The notes under the pieces: model-generated
What the model was told of the DNA's origin: nothing
Databases searched by the model: none
Seen by the model: the letters and a program-made list of their open reading frames with translations, nothing else
Program-made: the position numbers and the translations under genes
Part shown: piece by piece, positions 49,293 through 61,625 of the stretch
How positions within the stretch are numbered: the stretch's first letter is position 1
How the letters are laid out: every line of letters starts with the position of its first letter
Source: Macrostomum lignano
Lineage: Eukaryota
Length of the DNA: 64,000 bases
NCBI GenBank assembly: GCA_002269645.1
Contig: NIVC01000561.1
Coordinates: forward strand, 186,001 to 250,000
Direction: 5' to 3'

Positions 49293-51534
49293 TCAGCTGC
49301 TCAGTTTTGGCGATCGATCATTCCTGTTGACCGACCGGCCCTCTTTAATTGATCGGTCGCTGCCAATCCGATTGCGCACCACCATGTAGGTTGGCAGCTG
49401 GATTGTCCGGGTCACCGGGTTCACCTCAAACACCGGCTCGTTTGTCCAAATCTGTTGCTGTATTAATTTTGTGATTTGAGAAGTGTTTGAGTCATTTTTG
49501 GATACGTGGCGGTGAGTTGTCGACAATATAACTAGTGTGCGACTGACTGGACTGAGTGGTTTTATGATCGAATCAAATCGATTCTTTTGGAGATCCCAGG
49601 GTCTAAAAATAGCATATACCACAGCTTTAATGAATCCTTGTGTCTAAAAATAGCACATGCAAAGCTTTCAGAAATCCCTGCGTCTAAAAATAGCATATAC
49701 CACAACTTTAGAAAAACTCTGTGTCTAAAAATAGCAAATGCCACAGCTTTAGGGAATCCCTGTGTCTAAAAATAGCATATACCGCAGCTTTAGGGAATGC
49801 CTTATCTAAATATAGCAAACGCCACGATTTTACCGTAGTACCGGGTCTAAGAACAGTACATCCCATAAGTTTTGTAGGAATGAATCCCAGAATCTAACTA
49901 AACAGCAAACTGATATCCTTGAGTCAAAGAATACTCTACACAAAAAATTAACTCGTTCAGAGCCTCGCGCTTACTTCGGAATTCTCCGGTCGCCATTTGA
50001 GCACAGCCTCATCCTCGCCAAATCTTCTCAAGCAGGACACAATGCAGCCGCTGGGCGAGTCCAGTCTGCTCAAAGGGTTAAAAGGGGAAAGCTTGCAAAA
50101 AAGAATTTGTTAACTTTCGATTGCACTTTAGCATGTAGGGACGTCCAAGGTTAACCTCCCAGATCCTTAGTTGCTGGGCCAGTCTCCCAGATCCTCAGTT
50201 GCTGGGCCAGCCTCCCAGAGAGTCAGTTGCTGGGCCAGCCTCCCAGAGAGTCAGTTGCTGGGCCAGCCTCCTAGATCCTCAGTTGCTGGGCCAGCCTCCC
50301 AGAGAGTCAGTTGCTGGGCCAGCCTCCCAAATCCTCAGTTGCTGGGCCAGCCTCCCAGATCCTCAGTTGCTGGGCCAGCCTCCCAAATCCTCAGTTGCTG
50401 GGCCAGCCTCTCAGATCCTGAGTTGCTGGGCCAGCCTCCTAAATCCTCAGTTGCTGATCAGCCAGCCACCCAGATCCCTTGTTGCTGGGCCGCCACCGCC
50501 TTCCCAGCAGCTCACCTAGCAGGTATCAGGCACACTATCGCAGACTCGGCCACCTTGTTCCTGACAACCAGCTCCAGATCGCGGCTGTAGGCCACCCGAA
50601 TCCCTCCCTGATCTGCGGAACTCCTTTCTTCCTCGTTTTTATCTTCCTCCTCAGCAACAGTTTCCAAGGAAGCAACTGTCGGCGTTGACGGCGGGGTCCT
50701 GGCCGCTGCCCGCCCGCCAGTGTCGAACACTTCGCTGTCCGTCTCCGAGCCGCTGCTGCTGCCGCCAGCCTCCTCATCAGGCTCGAATCCGTCCTCGCCA
50801 TCGTTCAAGTTTCTCACATCGAACACGATCAGATCCCCGGAGCCGGTGCCCACCCACAGCTGCCTTCGGCCGCTCCTCCGCCGCGTCCCCGTAGCCAGCA
50901 GCGAAGTCACCCTGAAGGGATTCGCCGAGCCGGCCTGGCCGGTGCTCTCCGCAGCGTCGGCATCGAACTCGCTGAGCCGCTGCAGCGGGCGGGTCATGGT
51001 TTGGATGTCGAACCTCAGCCGGCAACTGGAGCCGTCGGAGCTCCACAGCTCTACAACTGGGGAGCCGCGGACCGCCAACCAGACACCGCCGGAGCGACCG
51101 CCGTCATGCAGACAAAGCACCGAGTCGAACGGGCACTCGGACACTCGGACACGACAATACGCGTCCAGACTGTCCGATCGTAGCAACTGGACGAAGTTGC
51201 CGCAGGCCACCCACAGGACGCCGCTGCCATTCTCGGGCAGCTGAGCCAGCGCAACTGCAGTGGCCGGGCAGGCGCCGCCGAGGTTGATGAAGAACACGGA
51301 GGAGTCTGGCTGTTCTCGTCCGATGTCCTCCAGCACGGCCAGGGAGCCGCTGGCCAGGGCTGCGAACACTCGATGACGCCGGGGGCCGCCGATCGGAGCT
51401 GTGGACGGCTGCGCCTCCGAGCAGATGGCCAGGACTGAGTCCGGCATCCGGAACTCCCACAGCTGCTCGCTGGGGGATTGATTCGTAAATTAATAAATCA
51501 ATCAATCATTCAATCAATCAATAGATCAATCAGC

Positions 51535-51598
<64 letters not shown>

Positions 51599-51599
51599 T

Positions 51600-51634
<35 letters not shown>

Positions 51635-51639
51635 TAATA

Positions 51640-51678
<39 letters not shown>

Positions 51679-51823
51679 TAATCAATCAATCAATTAATTA
51701 ATCAATCAATCAGTCAATCAATCGATCAGTCAATCAATTAATCAGCCAATAAATCAATCAAATCAATCAAATCAATCAAATCAATCAATCAAATCAAATA
51801 AATCAAGTCAATCAAATCAATCA

Positions 51824-51854
<31 letters not shown>

Positions 51855-51888
51855 TCAATCAATCAATCAATCAATCCATCAATCAATT

Positions 51889-51947
<59 letters not shown>

Positions 51948-54900
51948 TAATTAATCAATCAATCAATCAATCAATCAATTAATCAATCGATCAGTCAATC
52001 AATCGATCAGTCAATCAAATCAAATCAATCAATCAATCAGCCAAGCAGTCAGTCAATCAATCAATCAATCAATTAATCAATCGATCAGTCAATCAATCGA
52101 TCAGTCAATCAATCGATCAGTCAATCAAATCAAATCAATCAATCAATCAGCCAAGCAGTCAGTCAATCAATCAATCAATCATATAGTCATTAATCGGACA
52201 AAAAACTCTAATGTATCGAGATCTACAATGTATAGCAAACGGTCAACTAATAGATATATTATAACAATCTGTTTTCAAAAATATAAATAACTAATTGATT
52301 AATCAATCAAATAAATCGTCTACTTTATCACCATACATCCATAGCTACACATAGATGGCATATTAATTAACAAACCAGCTCAATCAAAAAACCATAAATC
52401 AATCACATTGCTCACCCGCTGCCAGCATCCAGGGCCGCGATGAACATGCCCAATGTGCCGAGCAGGACCACCTGGCAACTGTCCAACGAATAGGAGCAGC
52501 TCACCTGGGACTCAATCTGCGGGATTGATTCGATCAAGAAATGCTACTTTGGTTGATTTTATTCTGAGTTTGGGAGGAGTTTACGAGTTCGATATCTCAC
52601 CTCTACGCCCAGGCTGAACATGAGGTTGTCTTCGATTCTCAGGCGGCACACCTGGCTCCTGCCGCTGTCGCCGTAGCAAATCCACACACTGCCGTCTGGA
52701 CTGCTCAGACCGCTGCTCACCAGGGGCTGATTGGGGCTCTCCATATCGCCCCGCTGTTGGGTAAGATTGAGGGTGAGATTAGATGGTGAGATTTGATAGA
52801 AGCTGAGATTTAATGGTGAGATTGGATAGAGGCTGAGATTTGATGGTGAGATCGGATAGAGGCTGAGATTTGATGGTGAGATTTGATGGTGAGATTTGAT
52901 GGTGAGATTTGATGGTGAGATTGAATAGAGTGAGATTTGAGGGTGAGATTGGATAAAGCATGAGACTGGATAGAGTGAGATTTGAGGGTGAGATTGGATA
53001 AAGCATGAGATTGGATAGAGTGAGATTTGAGGGTAAGATTGGATAGAGTGAGATTTGAGGGTAAGATTGGATAGAGTGAGATTTGAGGGTGAGATTGGAT
53101 AAAGCATGAGATTGGATAGAGTGAGATTTGAGGGTAAGATTGGATAGAGTGAGATTTGAGGGTAAGATTGGATAGAGTGAGATTTGAGGGTAAGAGAGTG
53201 AGATTTGAGGGTAAGATTGGATAGAGTGAGATTTGAGGGTAAGATTGGATAGAGTGAGATTTGAGGGTGAGATTGGATAAAGCATGAGATTGGATAGAGT
53301 GAGATTTGAGGGTGAGATTGGATAAAGCATGAGATTGGATAGAGTGAGATTTGAGGGTGAGATTGGATAGAGTGAGATCTGAGAGGTGTCTACACACGGC
53401 TGCTCTCCAGAGTTCCATTAGGACACTCCCTACTCCATCGAAATTAATTTCTTCCCACAACAAGGACACATGGGACAGACGGACATTCGGCCCAAATCCC
53501 ATGTTTGGGCGTGTCCGCAACTCGCAGCTCGAATATCTGGCGATGGGCCTCCCATGAATAAAAATAGATTTGTTAGACAAATAAGCAGCCCCGTTTCTCA
53601 TTGCCGTATCGATTGATAATACGGCTGTAGTTTAGCCATCTGAGCAAAAGTATCAAGTTTCGGATCGAATCGGTTCTATATATAGCTTTTATTTTGTCTA
53701 AAATTGTGTTCATTGATCGATAAAAACGTGTCTTCTGTAGTTTCCCTGTTGTTTTTAATATAAATCTTGTTTTTCAGTTTGTTTTGTAGAAAATTACTAA
53801 CCATATCAGTCAGTGTACATTCAATGTCATTTTAATTTGGGTTTTTTTAATTCCTACCCTATCAGTCAGTGTACGCTTGTACGAGTACATTCAAGGTCGT
53901 TTCAATCTGCTTATATAAATTCATACCCTATCAGTATACATCCAAGGTTATTTTAATTTTCTTTAAATTCCTTTTTTACAAGGTATCAGTCAGTGTACAT
54001 TCAAGGTCGTTTTAAATTTGTTTTAGATTTCTACCTTATCAGCGTACATTCAAGGTCATTTTAAATTGTTTTAGATTCCTACCCTGTCAGTGTACATTCA
54101 AGGTCGTTTTAAATTTGTTTTTATTCCTTACTCTATCAGCCAGTAGTGAACATTCAAGGTCGTTTCAATCTGTTAAATAAAGCTTGAAACCCGCTAAAGC
54201 TACATTAAATGTACACTGAAGGTCATTCCACCCAGTACCCTCACATCCACAGCTGCTTCGTCCTCTTCCGCCTCCTCTTCTTCATCCTGAAGCGCTCTCC
54301 GCCGCAGTCGCTTCCGCCTCTCATCAGCCTCCGCCAGCGCCGCGATGTACACACCCCGCCTGGCGTCCAGCTCCCGTCTAGAAGGCACCCCGGCGTCGGC
54401 TCCCGCAGCAAAGGCCGTCCTGGCGAGCCCGTCAACATCGAATGCCAATCTGGCTGCGGCTTTGAGATGACGCCACAGCCCGATGGTGTCCGTCTGCCTC
54501 AGTAATGCCGCCTCGCTAGACTTCAACACCGCCAAGGCGAACCGGAACAGCACCTTGGGTCCTTCCAGTAGGAAACAATCCCACAGTCTCAGCAGAGTTT
54601 CAAACGGCAACGCGTCAAAGTAGATGGCTAGAAACCAGTTCAAAGTCACGGTGCCAACGTCGATGTCCAGATTGGAAATGTGCTCGTGCAGATTGGGCAT
54701 CTGGCGACGAATCAGGTCCTTCAGCACGAGCTGGTCGGCCTGGGCGCCCAGCAGGCTTCCGGTGAAGTACAACGGATGAAAGTAGCACTCGGTGACCGCT
54801 ACGAGCAGCCAGAAGGCGTCTTCCTTGCTGAGGAAGAGCAGGCCCATGCCCGCAATAAAGTTCATGCCTTGGCAATAGCCCACGCTGGGATTGTGCAAGC

Positions 54901-57900
54901 AGAAGGCCTGCAGAATTTCCTGGAGCTTCTGAATCTGTAGGAGGTATATTGCACAGAATAGTAATTTTATTTTTTAGAAATTAATTTCACACGGCCAAGG
55001 ATTAGCCTATTAAAAAAATTGCGCCTTAACCAGTGTACATTTATTCAATCACTTAGGCTGCTCAATCCCTTACTCTAGCTAGTGCACATTCAAGCCGCTC
55101 AATCCCTTACCCTAGCTAGTGTACATTCAAGCCGCTCAATCCCTAACCCTAGCTAGTGTGCATTCAAGAACATGCATTCCCTTACACTAGCCAGTGTACA
55201 TTCAAACCGCTCAATCCCTTACCCTAGCTAGTGTACATTCAAACCGCTCAATCCCTTACCCTAGCTAGTGTACATTCAAACCACTCAATCCCTTACCCTA
55301 GCTAGTGTACATTCAAGCCGCTCAATCCCTTACCCTAGCCAGTGTACATTCAGAACATGCAATCCCTTACTCCAACGAGTACATTCAGCAACCATCTCCA
55401 CCCTGCTTCCGCTTACCCCTTCGCTATCAGACGACTCGAAGCGCACATTCCCGGGCATTGTGCGCATCAGATCCAGTGAAATCTGCTTCCGATGCTTGGC
55501 CACAATATCCGACTCCGTGGCCCGTTGCACCAACCCGGAATAGTACTGTTGGCCTCGCACAGACCGGATCTCTTGCACCTGGGCGTGGATTAGCTCACGC
55601 CACACGGCTGACCGGTACATCCGCGGAATGCCGCCTCGTATTAAGCTTTTAAGCTCGGTCTGTGAAAGGACACCAATTCCATTTAGTGAGTGCGCCTAAT
55701 CGATTGTGTTTATTAATAGCTTATTTTACCGTCTTTGTGAAAGATCTATTAGAAGCAATGAATGACTTCCAATGCCTCTGATGCTCGTCGTATCTGTCTA
55801 GAGTTGTAGCGTAGTGCTCGTGCAGCTGCCTGCTGGTGTAGTGCAGCTGCATTGATTCGCTCTCCTGGCTGTGGCGGAAGCCGTAGCTGTCCACGTGACC
55901 GTCTGGGGACACCAGGCTGCGGGTGGGAGCAAAACTCGATGAGAACGAGTGCAGTTGTCTAGGAGCTGGGGGCTGGGGTGAGGCACTGAGGGTAAGGCAC
56001 TGTTGCTATGGTCTCGGGTTCATGTTGCTATGGTTGGGGATGAGACATTGGGGGTTAGGCACTGTGGATGAGGCCATGAGGCACTGGGGGTGAGGCATAC
56101 TGGAAGTGAGGCACTGGGATTGAGGCACTGGGGTGATCAGGCACTGGGGTGAGACACTGAGGGTGAGGCACTGGGGTGAGGCACTGGGATTGAGGCACTG
56201 GAGCTGAAGTAATGAGCGCTGAGACTGAGAGCCATAGTAATTAGTAGTTGCGTTAAAAAATTGAAATAGCAAAAGAAAATCATGGCAATATAGGATTATC
56301 CTATTGATAACTCATTGATAGGCCAATCCCCAGAGCAGTTATTGCTAGCAGAAATTGCTGATCAATAAACGAATTCAAACTAGTTGTGTTCCGCCAAGCC
56401 TTTGAAAGACTCAGGGCTGCTAGTACTAAGAAAACACATTGGGACTTGCCTTTCAGAGACGGAAGTGGCACAGAGAGAAGGATTTTGCCCACACAATGCG
56501 TCTTTAGTGTCCTAAATCAACCCCGTATAAAAGTGCATGGACGAAGTGGAAATGCCCTTGTGTGTGAATTTTTCTGCGATTGTTTCTCGTTATTACTAAG
56601 CTTGAAGAACTATAAGTTCAAAACAAAAATTACCTTTCAAAAGTTGGCAGCCGTGGATTAACAACGCGAGCCTCTTCTAGGAGCTCCCTAAGCCGTTCCT
56701 TGTGACGCCCGCCGCCATATAGATTGAGTTCGATGCCGTCTGACACGTCTCCAGTTGGCACAGTGATGCAGGATTGCAACAGGAACAAGTAGTCTCGTTT
56801 CCAGTTCTCCAGCTGCAGCTTGTGCTCGCGAAACAATCTTTAGGGTTATTGGGATTAGTAGCTTCATATATGCCTTTTACTAGTTATTGTAGCACAGGAA
56901 TTCCGTTGAATTTACGAGCTATTCTTAGGTGTCCCTTCGTGAAATGTGCATTCTCTTGGGCCACTCCCTTTACTCTGGCGTTCCTTCGTAAATTGTACAT
57001 TCTCTTTGGCCACTCCCTATATTCTGGCGTCCCTTCGTCAATTGTACATTCTCTTTGGCCACTCCCTTTAATCTGGCGTTCCTTCGTCAATTGTACATTC
57101 TCTTTGGCCACTCCCTATATTCTGGCGTCCCTTCATCAATTGTACATTCTCTTTGGCCACTCCCTTTAATCTGGCGTTCCTTCGTCAATTGTACATTCTC
57201 TTTGGCCACTCCCTTTAATCTGGCGTTCCTTCGTCAATTGTACATTCTCTTTGGCCACTCCCTATATTCTGGCGTCCTTCGTCAATTGTACATTCTCTTG
57301 GCCACTCCCTTTAATCTGGCGTTCCTTCGTCAATTGTACATTCTCTTTGGCCACTCCCTTTAATCTGGCGTTCCTTCGTCAATTGTACATTCTCTTTGGT
57401 CACTCCCTGTACTCTGGCGTCCCATCGTGATGTACTTCAGATCCGGTTTTCATATTTAGACATTCAACCACCTCTCCAACTAGCTGTAAAACGAAAGTAA
57501 AAAGCAAATCTGATTACTTGTCCTGATTTCGAAACTTCTCCTGTTCCATGTGTCTCAGCGAGGTGATTCGTCGAACTTCGCTGTTCACAAATCGATTGTT
57601 ATTCTGCAGTACGCGGCACTGCTCCTCTAGGTGGCGCAGGTTGTCCGATTTCTCTTTTATCCAGTCTAGCATGGCTCTGTGTGGAAATTCAGAGATTGGG
57701 TTGGCTGTACTTTCAAGTTACTTTTAAGTACAACAATAGGAAACGGAAGAGCTACTTAGCAAGTTTTCAGTCATTAACAAGAACTCCAAACAATCAAAGC
57801 GCTGGAGTTCTGGCTGTTTAGGTTAGGATTAGGTTTTTTAGTGTTAAGGTTATTTTTAGAGACTGCAGACAATTTTTGGTCCTTAAAATGTGATCCTGTC

Positions 57901-60468
57901 AGTCAAAGCTCAAAAGTCGCATAGACCCATTGATCACCATACATGCACGAGCAATCTCTTACAACTAAATAAAACCGCCTCATCTCTTAGGCCTCCAAGT
58001 ACTTTTAGGAATCTACAGCAGAAACTGTTGCTAAGTCGGTTTTACTGGAAAATCTGGTTGAAAAAATACAGCAGACTTCGAAGGCTTGTCTCTAAGCATG
58101 AGAATGCACTCACGATTCGGACTTGAACCTCGGCGGCCCGGCGCGAGTGACGTTAAATCTGAGGGCTCTGAAAGATTGGCGTTGTGTCGGGAAATCGTGA
58201 CTTCTTTAGCTGGGAAAGGTATTATTAAGACTAGCTTCTTTTTGACAGCAAAGGATTAAATTACTGTGCCAGTCTGGCAAGGTCAACAACAGAAGCATGA
58301 ACTCAACAGAAATAGATTGGATAGCATCGAATATCTATGATAGAATTGAGGTTAAATGTTTAGTCATTCCAAAAGTGCAGTCTCGATCGAGCATGCCAAC
58401 TGTTGTGCAGTGTGAAATTGTTGCTCAAGTGGTTAGGAAAGTGGGAAACATGCTCGAGATTATGGGAACAAAGACTACAATGTATACATCTAGTGCAAAA
58501 TGTGTTATTTAATTATCGAATTGTTTTACCCGTTATCTTTTTGAGCATTCTCCAGCTGCTCAAGTCTATGGGATGGTTAAAGAAGCAGGTTTGCTATTAA
58601 GGAACTCAGCAGAATTACAGAACAATGTTTACTTATATAATGCTAAATGCATTCGCGAGACAGGGAGTCTTCAGTTTTCAACGTCTTATTTTAGCAAACA
58701 TTCAAGATATCTTACATTCTTGAATTCACAAGTTAAAAAAGCTGAAACTGTACTTTTGGAGAGCAGCGATGCTCACAACACAGTTGTTGTGAGCCCGTAT
58801 GCTCACAATACGGGCTGGTAATTGTGCTTTTCTAAACAGATTTTGCAAAGGTTTTATTTTTCGGCAAAATGTTCAATGGATTTGGCCCCGGACTCTCTTA
58901 AGTAGTCCATGATCTGGCCATAGACAAATTTGGTTGAAAATCTGGATTCGAAAGGATTGTCTAGGAAAAGTACAGAACACACGACAAAGTTTATCACCGT
59001 TCTGCGAGTTTAGTGTTTGTTAAACTTTAGTTGTCCATAGTTTAAATAGTGTATCAATTGAGTATTTCCTCCTCACCTGCTCAGTTTCAAGTCCAGTTCG
59101 GCGCGATCAGGGTGTCACGCTTTCTCAAAACCTCTTCAACGCGGAATTCTGCTTTTGCAGGTCCTCCATTTCATGTCTGATATCGCTGTCGCTAAAAGTA
59201 CAAACAGTGAATTATACTTAAATATTTAAAGTGCATAAATGCTGTGTACTTTCTACCACATTCCCATACCGATATCTCTGCCTCATAGCTCACCGTCTCA
59301 AAACTCTCTGCCCCGAAGCCACCCACCCAAAACTCTCTGCCCCGAAGCCACCCACCCCAAAACTCTCTGCCCCGAAGCCACCCACCCAAAACTCTCTGCC
59401 CCGAAGCCACCCACCCAAAAACTCTCTTCCCCGAAGCCACCCACCCCAAAACTCTCTGCCCCGAAGCCACCCACCCAAAACTCTCTTCCCCGAAGCCACC
59501 CACCCCAAAACTCTCTGCCCCGAAGCCACCCACCCAAAACTCTCTGCCCCGAAGCCACCCACCCCAAAACTCTCTGCCCGGGCCACCCACAGTCCCAAAA
59601 CTCTCTGCCCCGAAGCCACCCACCCAAAAACTCTCTGCCCCGGGGCCACCCACAGTCCCAAAACTCTCTGCCCCGAAACCACCCACCCCAAAACTCTCTG
59701 CCCGAGGCCACCACAGTCCCAAAAACTCTCTGCCCCGGGGCCACCACACAGTCCAAAACTCTCTGCCCCAAAGCCACCCACAGTCCCAAAACTCTCTGCC
59801 CGAGCAGCCACCCACCCCAAAACTCTCTGCCCGAAGCCACCCACCCAAAACTCTCTTGCCTCGGGGCCACCCACAGTCCCAAAACTCTCTGCCCCGAAGC
59901 ACCCACCCCAAAACTCTCTGCCCGGGGCCACCCACAGTCCCAAAACTCTCTGCCCCGAAGCCACCCACCAAAACTCTCTGCCCCGAAGCCACCCACCCAA
60001 AACTCTCTGCCCCGGGGCCACCCACAGTCCCAAAACTCTCTGCCCCAAAGCCACCCACCCCAACAGACTCACCCAGCGTCGCTTTTCTTAACGCGCGAAA
60101 CCAGAAGCGGACGCTCCACCAGAGCTGCTGGGCTCAGAACGGCAGCTGCTACCCGACCGGTCTCTGGACTCCTGCGCGCTGTCTCGCCCTGAAGTCGTGA
60201 AGCACGCCTGCAGCTGAGGACTGAGCCACCAGCACCTGCTGCGGTGGAGAACGCTGTAACGTTTCGTTGGTTTTGTTTGTTGCTGCTGCTGACGCGACTT
60301 GCTGGGCGATTCTTCAAGCAAACTGTCGTAGTTGAAGTCGGTGCCAATCTCCGAGCCCTGGTCGGAATGCTGCGGCGACGCCTTGGTGAGGCTGACTGAG
60401 AAACTTTTGCGACATTGACAGGCCGAAACGATTGCTAAGTGAATCGCTGAGCTTGCGAGTCACGTTGC
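49293..60468 (-). CDS. TBC1D2: TBC1D2/2B-like Rab GTPase-activating protein (coiled coil + TBC) with a C-terminal beta-propeller-like region; 5' end lost in the gap
   Basis: Exons (minus): ~60468-60073 (contains indels), 59191-59077, 57676-57518, 56837-56634, 55916-55730, 55659-55417, 54934-54245, 52753-52601, 52516-52416, 51469-50516, 50065-49975, 49451-49293; all GT-AG. Motifs: LQNNNRFVNSEV, DSYGF, LKSLIRGGIP..YRSAVW, QISLDLMRT (R finger), GYCQGMN (Q finger), FETLLRLWDCFLLEGPKVLFRFAL. Orthology is inferred from motif order. Confidence 0.85.
49585..49850. repeat. ~41-bp minisatellite (gtctaaaaatagcatataccacagcttt...)
   Basis: About 6 degenerate copies are visible. Confidence 0.8.
50165..50490. 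repeat. 28-bp minisatellite (gttgctgggccagcctcccagatcctca)
   Basis: Directly visible, next to the donor at 50515. Confidence 0.9.
51480..52180. repeat. (TCAA)n microsatellite
   Basis: Directly visible. Confidence 0.95.
52775..53380. repeat. GTGAGATT-core minisatellite
   Basis: Repeating gtgagatttgagggtaagattggataga variants. Confidence 0.9.
53800..54230. repeat. degenerate ~50-bp minisatellite (cagtgtacattcaaggtc...)
   Basis: Visible copies. Confidence 0.75.
55030..55390. repeat. ~37-bp minisatellite (ctagctagtgtacattcaagccgctcaatcccttacc)
   Basis: Visible copies. Confidence 0.85.
56930..57420. repeat. ~48-bp minisatellite (attgtacattctctttggccactccctttaatctggcgttccttcgtca)
   Basis: Visible copies. 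Confidence 0.85.
59290..60062. repeat. ~30-bp C-rich minisatellite (aaaactctctgccccgaagccacccaccc)
   Basis: Directly visible; explains the PEATHPK pseudo-ORFs. Confidence 0.95.
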
Positions 60469-60559
60469 CTAGGTAACCTGCGATTAAGGAATGAAGATTT
60501 TTCGATTTGGTAAATTAGATTTTTAAGTATAAATTTAGAAATAGATCTCCAAGATCTCA

Positions 60560-60960
60560 CCTGAATTTTTAAAGATCTCACTTCAATCTCACCGAATCTC
60601 ATTCAAATCTCACAGAATCTCATTCAAATCTCACCGAACCTCATTCAAATCTCACAGAATCTCATTCAAATCATCACGCGAACCTCATTCAAATCTCACA
60701 TAATCTCATTCAAATCTCACAGAATCTCATTCAAATCTCACAGAATCTCATTTAAATCTCACCGAACCTCATTCAAATCTCACATAATCTCATTCAAATC
60801 TCACAGAATCTCATTCAAATCTCACATAATCTCATTCAAATCTCACCGAACCTCATTCAAATCTCACAGAATCTCATTTAAATCTCACCGAACCTCATTC
60901 AAATCTCACATAATCTCATTCAATCTCACAGAATCTCATTTAAATCTCACCCAATCTCAT
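60560..60960. repeat. ~21-bp minisatellite (aatctcattcaaatctcacag) running into the gap
   Basis: Directly visible. Confidence 0.9.
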
Positions 60961-61625
60961 NNNNNNNNNNNNNNNNNNNNNNNNNNNNNNNNNNNNNNNN
61001 NNNNNNNNNNNNNNNNNNNNNNNNNNNNNNNNNNNNNNNNNNNNNNNNNNNNNNNNNNNNNNNNNNNNNNNNNNNNNNNNNNNNNNNNNNNNNNNNNNNN
61101 NNNNNNNNNNNNNNNNNNNNNNNNNNNNNNNNNNNNNNNNNNNNNNNNNNNNNNNNNNNNNNNNNNNNNNNNNNNNNNNNNNNNNNNNNNNNNNNNNNNN
61201 NNNNNNNNNNNNNNNNNNNNNNNNNNNNNNNNNNNNNNNNNNNNNNNNNNNNNNNNNNNNNNNNNNNNNNNNNNNNNNNNNNNNNNNNNNNNNNNNNNNN
61301 NNNNNNNNNNNNNNNNNNNNNNNNNNNNNNNNNNNNNNNNNNNNNNNNNNNNNNNNNNNNNNNNNNNNNNNNNNNNNNNNNNNNNNNNNNNNNNNNNNNN
61401 NNNNNNNNNNNNNNNNNNNNNNNNNNNNNNNNNNNNNNNNNNNNNNNNNNNNNNNNNNNNNNNNNNNNNNNNNNNNNNNNNNNNNNNNNNNNNNNNNNNN
61501 NNNNNNNNNNNNNNNNNNNNNNNNNNNNNNNNNNNNNNNNNNNNNNNNNNNNNNNNNNNNNNNNNNNNNNNNNNNNNNNNNNNNNNNNNNNNNNNNNNNN
61601 NNNNNNNNNNNNNNNNNNNNNNNNN
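60961..61625. other. assembly gap (665 N)
   Basis: Run of N. Confidence 1.

Noticed and set aside
53440-53535. Candidate extra TBC1D2 exon (IFELRVADTPKHGIWAE...)
   Set aside because: Plausible acceptor, but no convincing phase-0 donor, and the model is in frame without it.
57890-58821. Short intronic ORFs (MNSTEIDW..., MVKEAGLL...) seen twice
   Set aside because: No recognisable motif; the duplication simply reflects the inverted copy.
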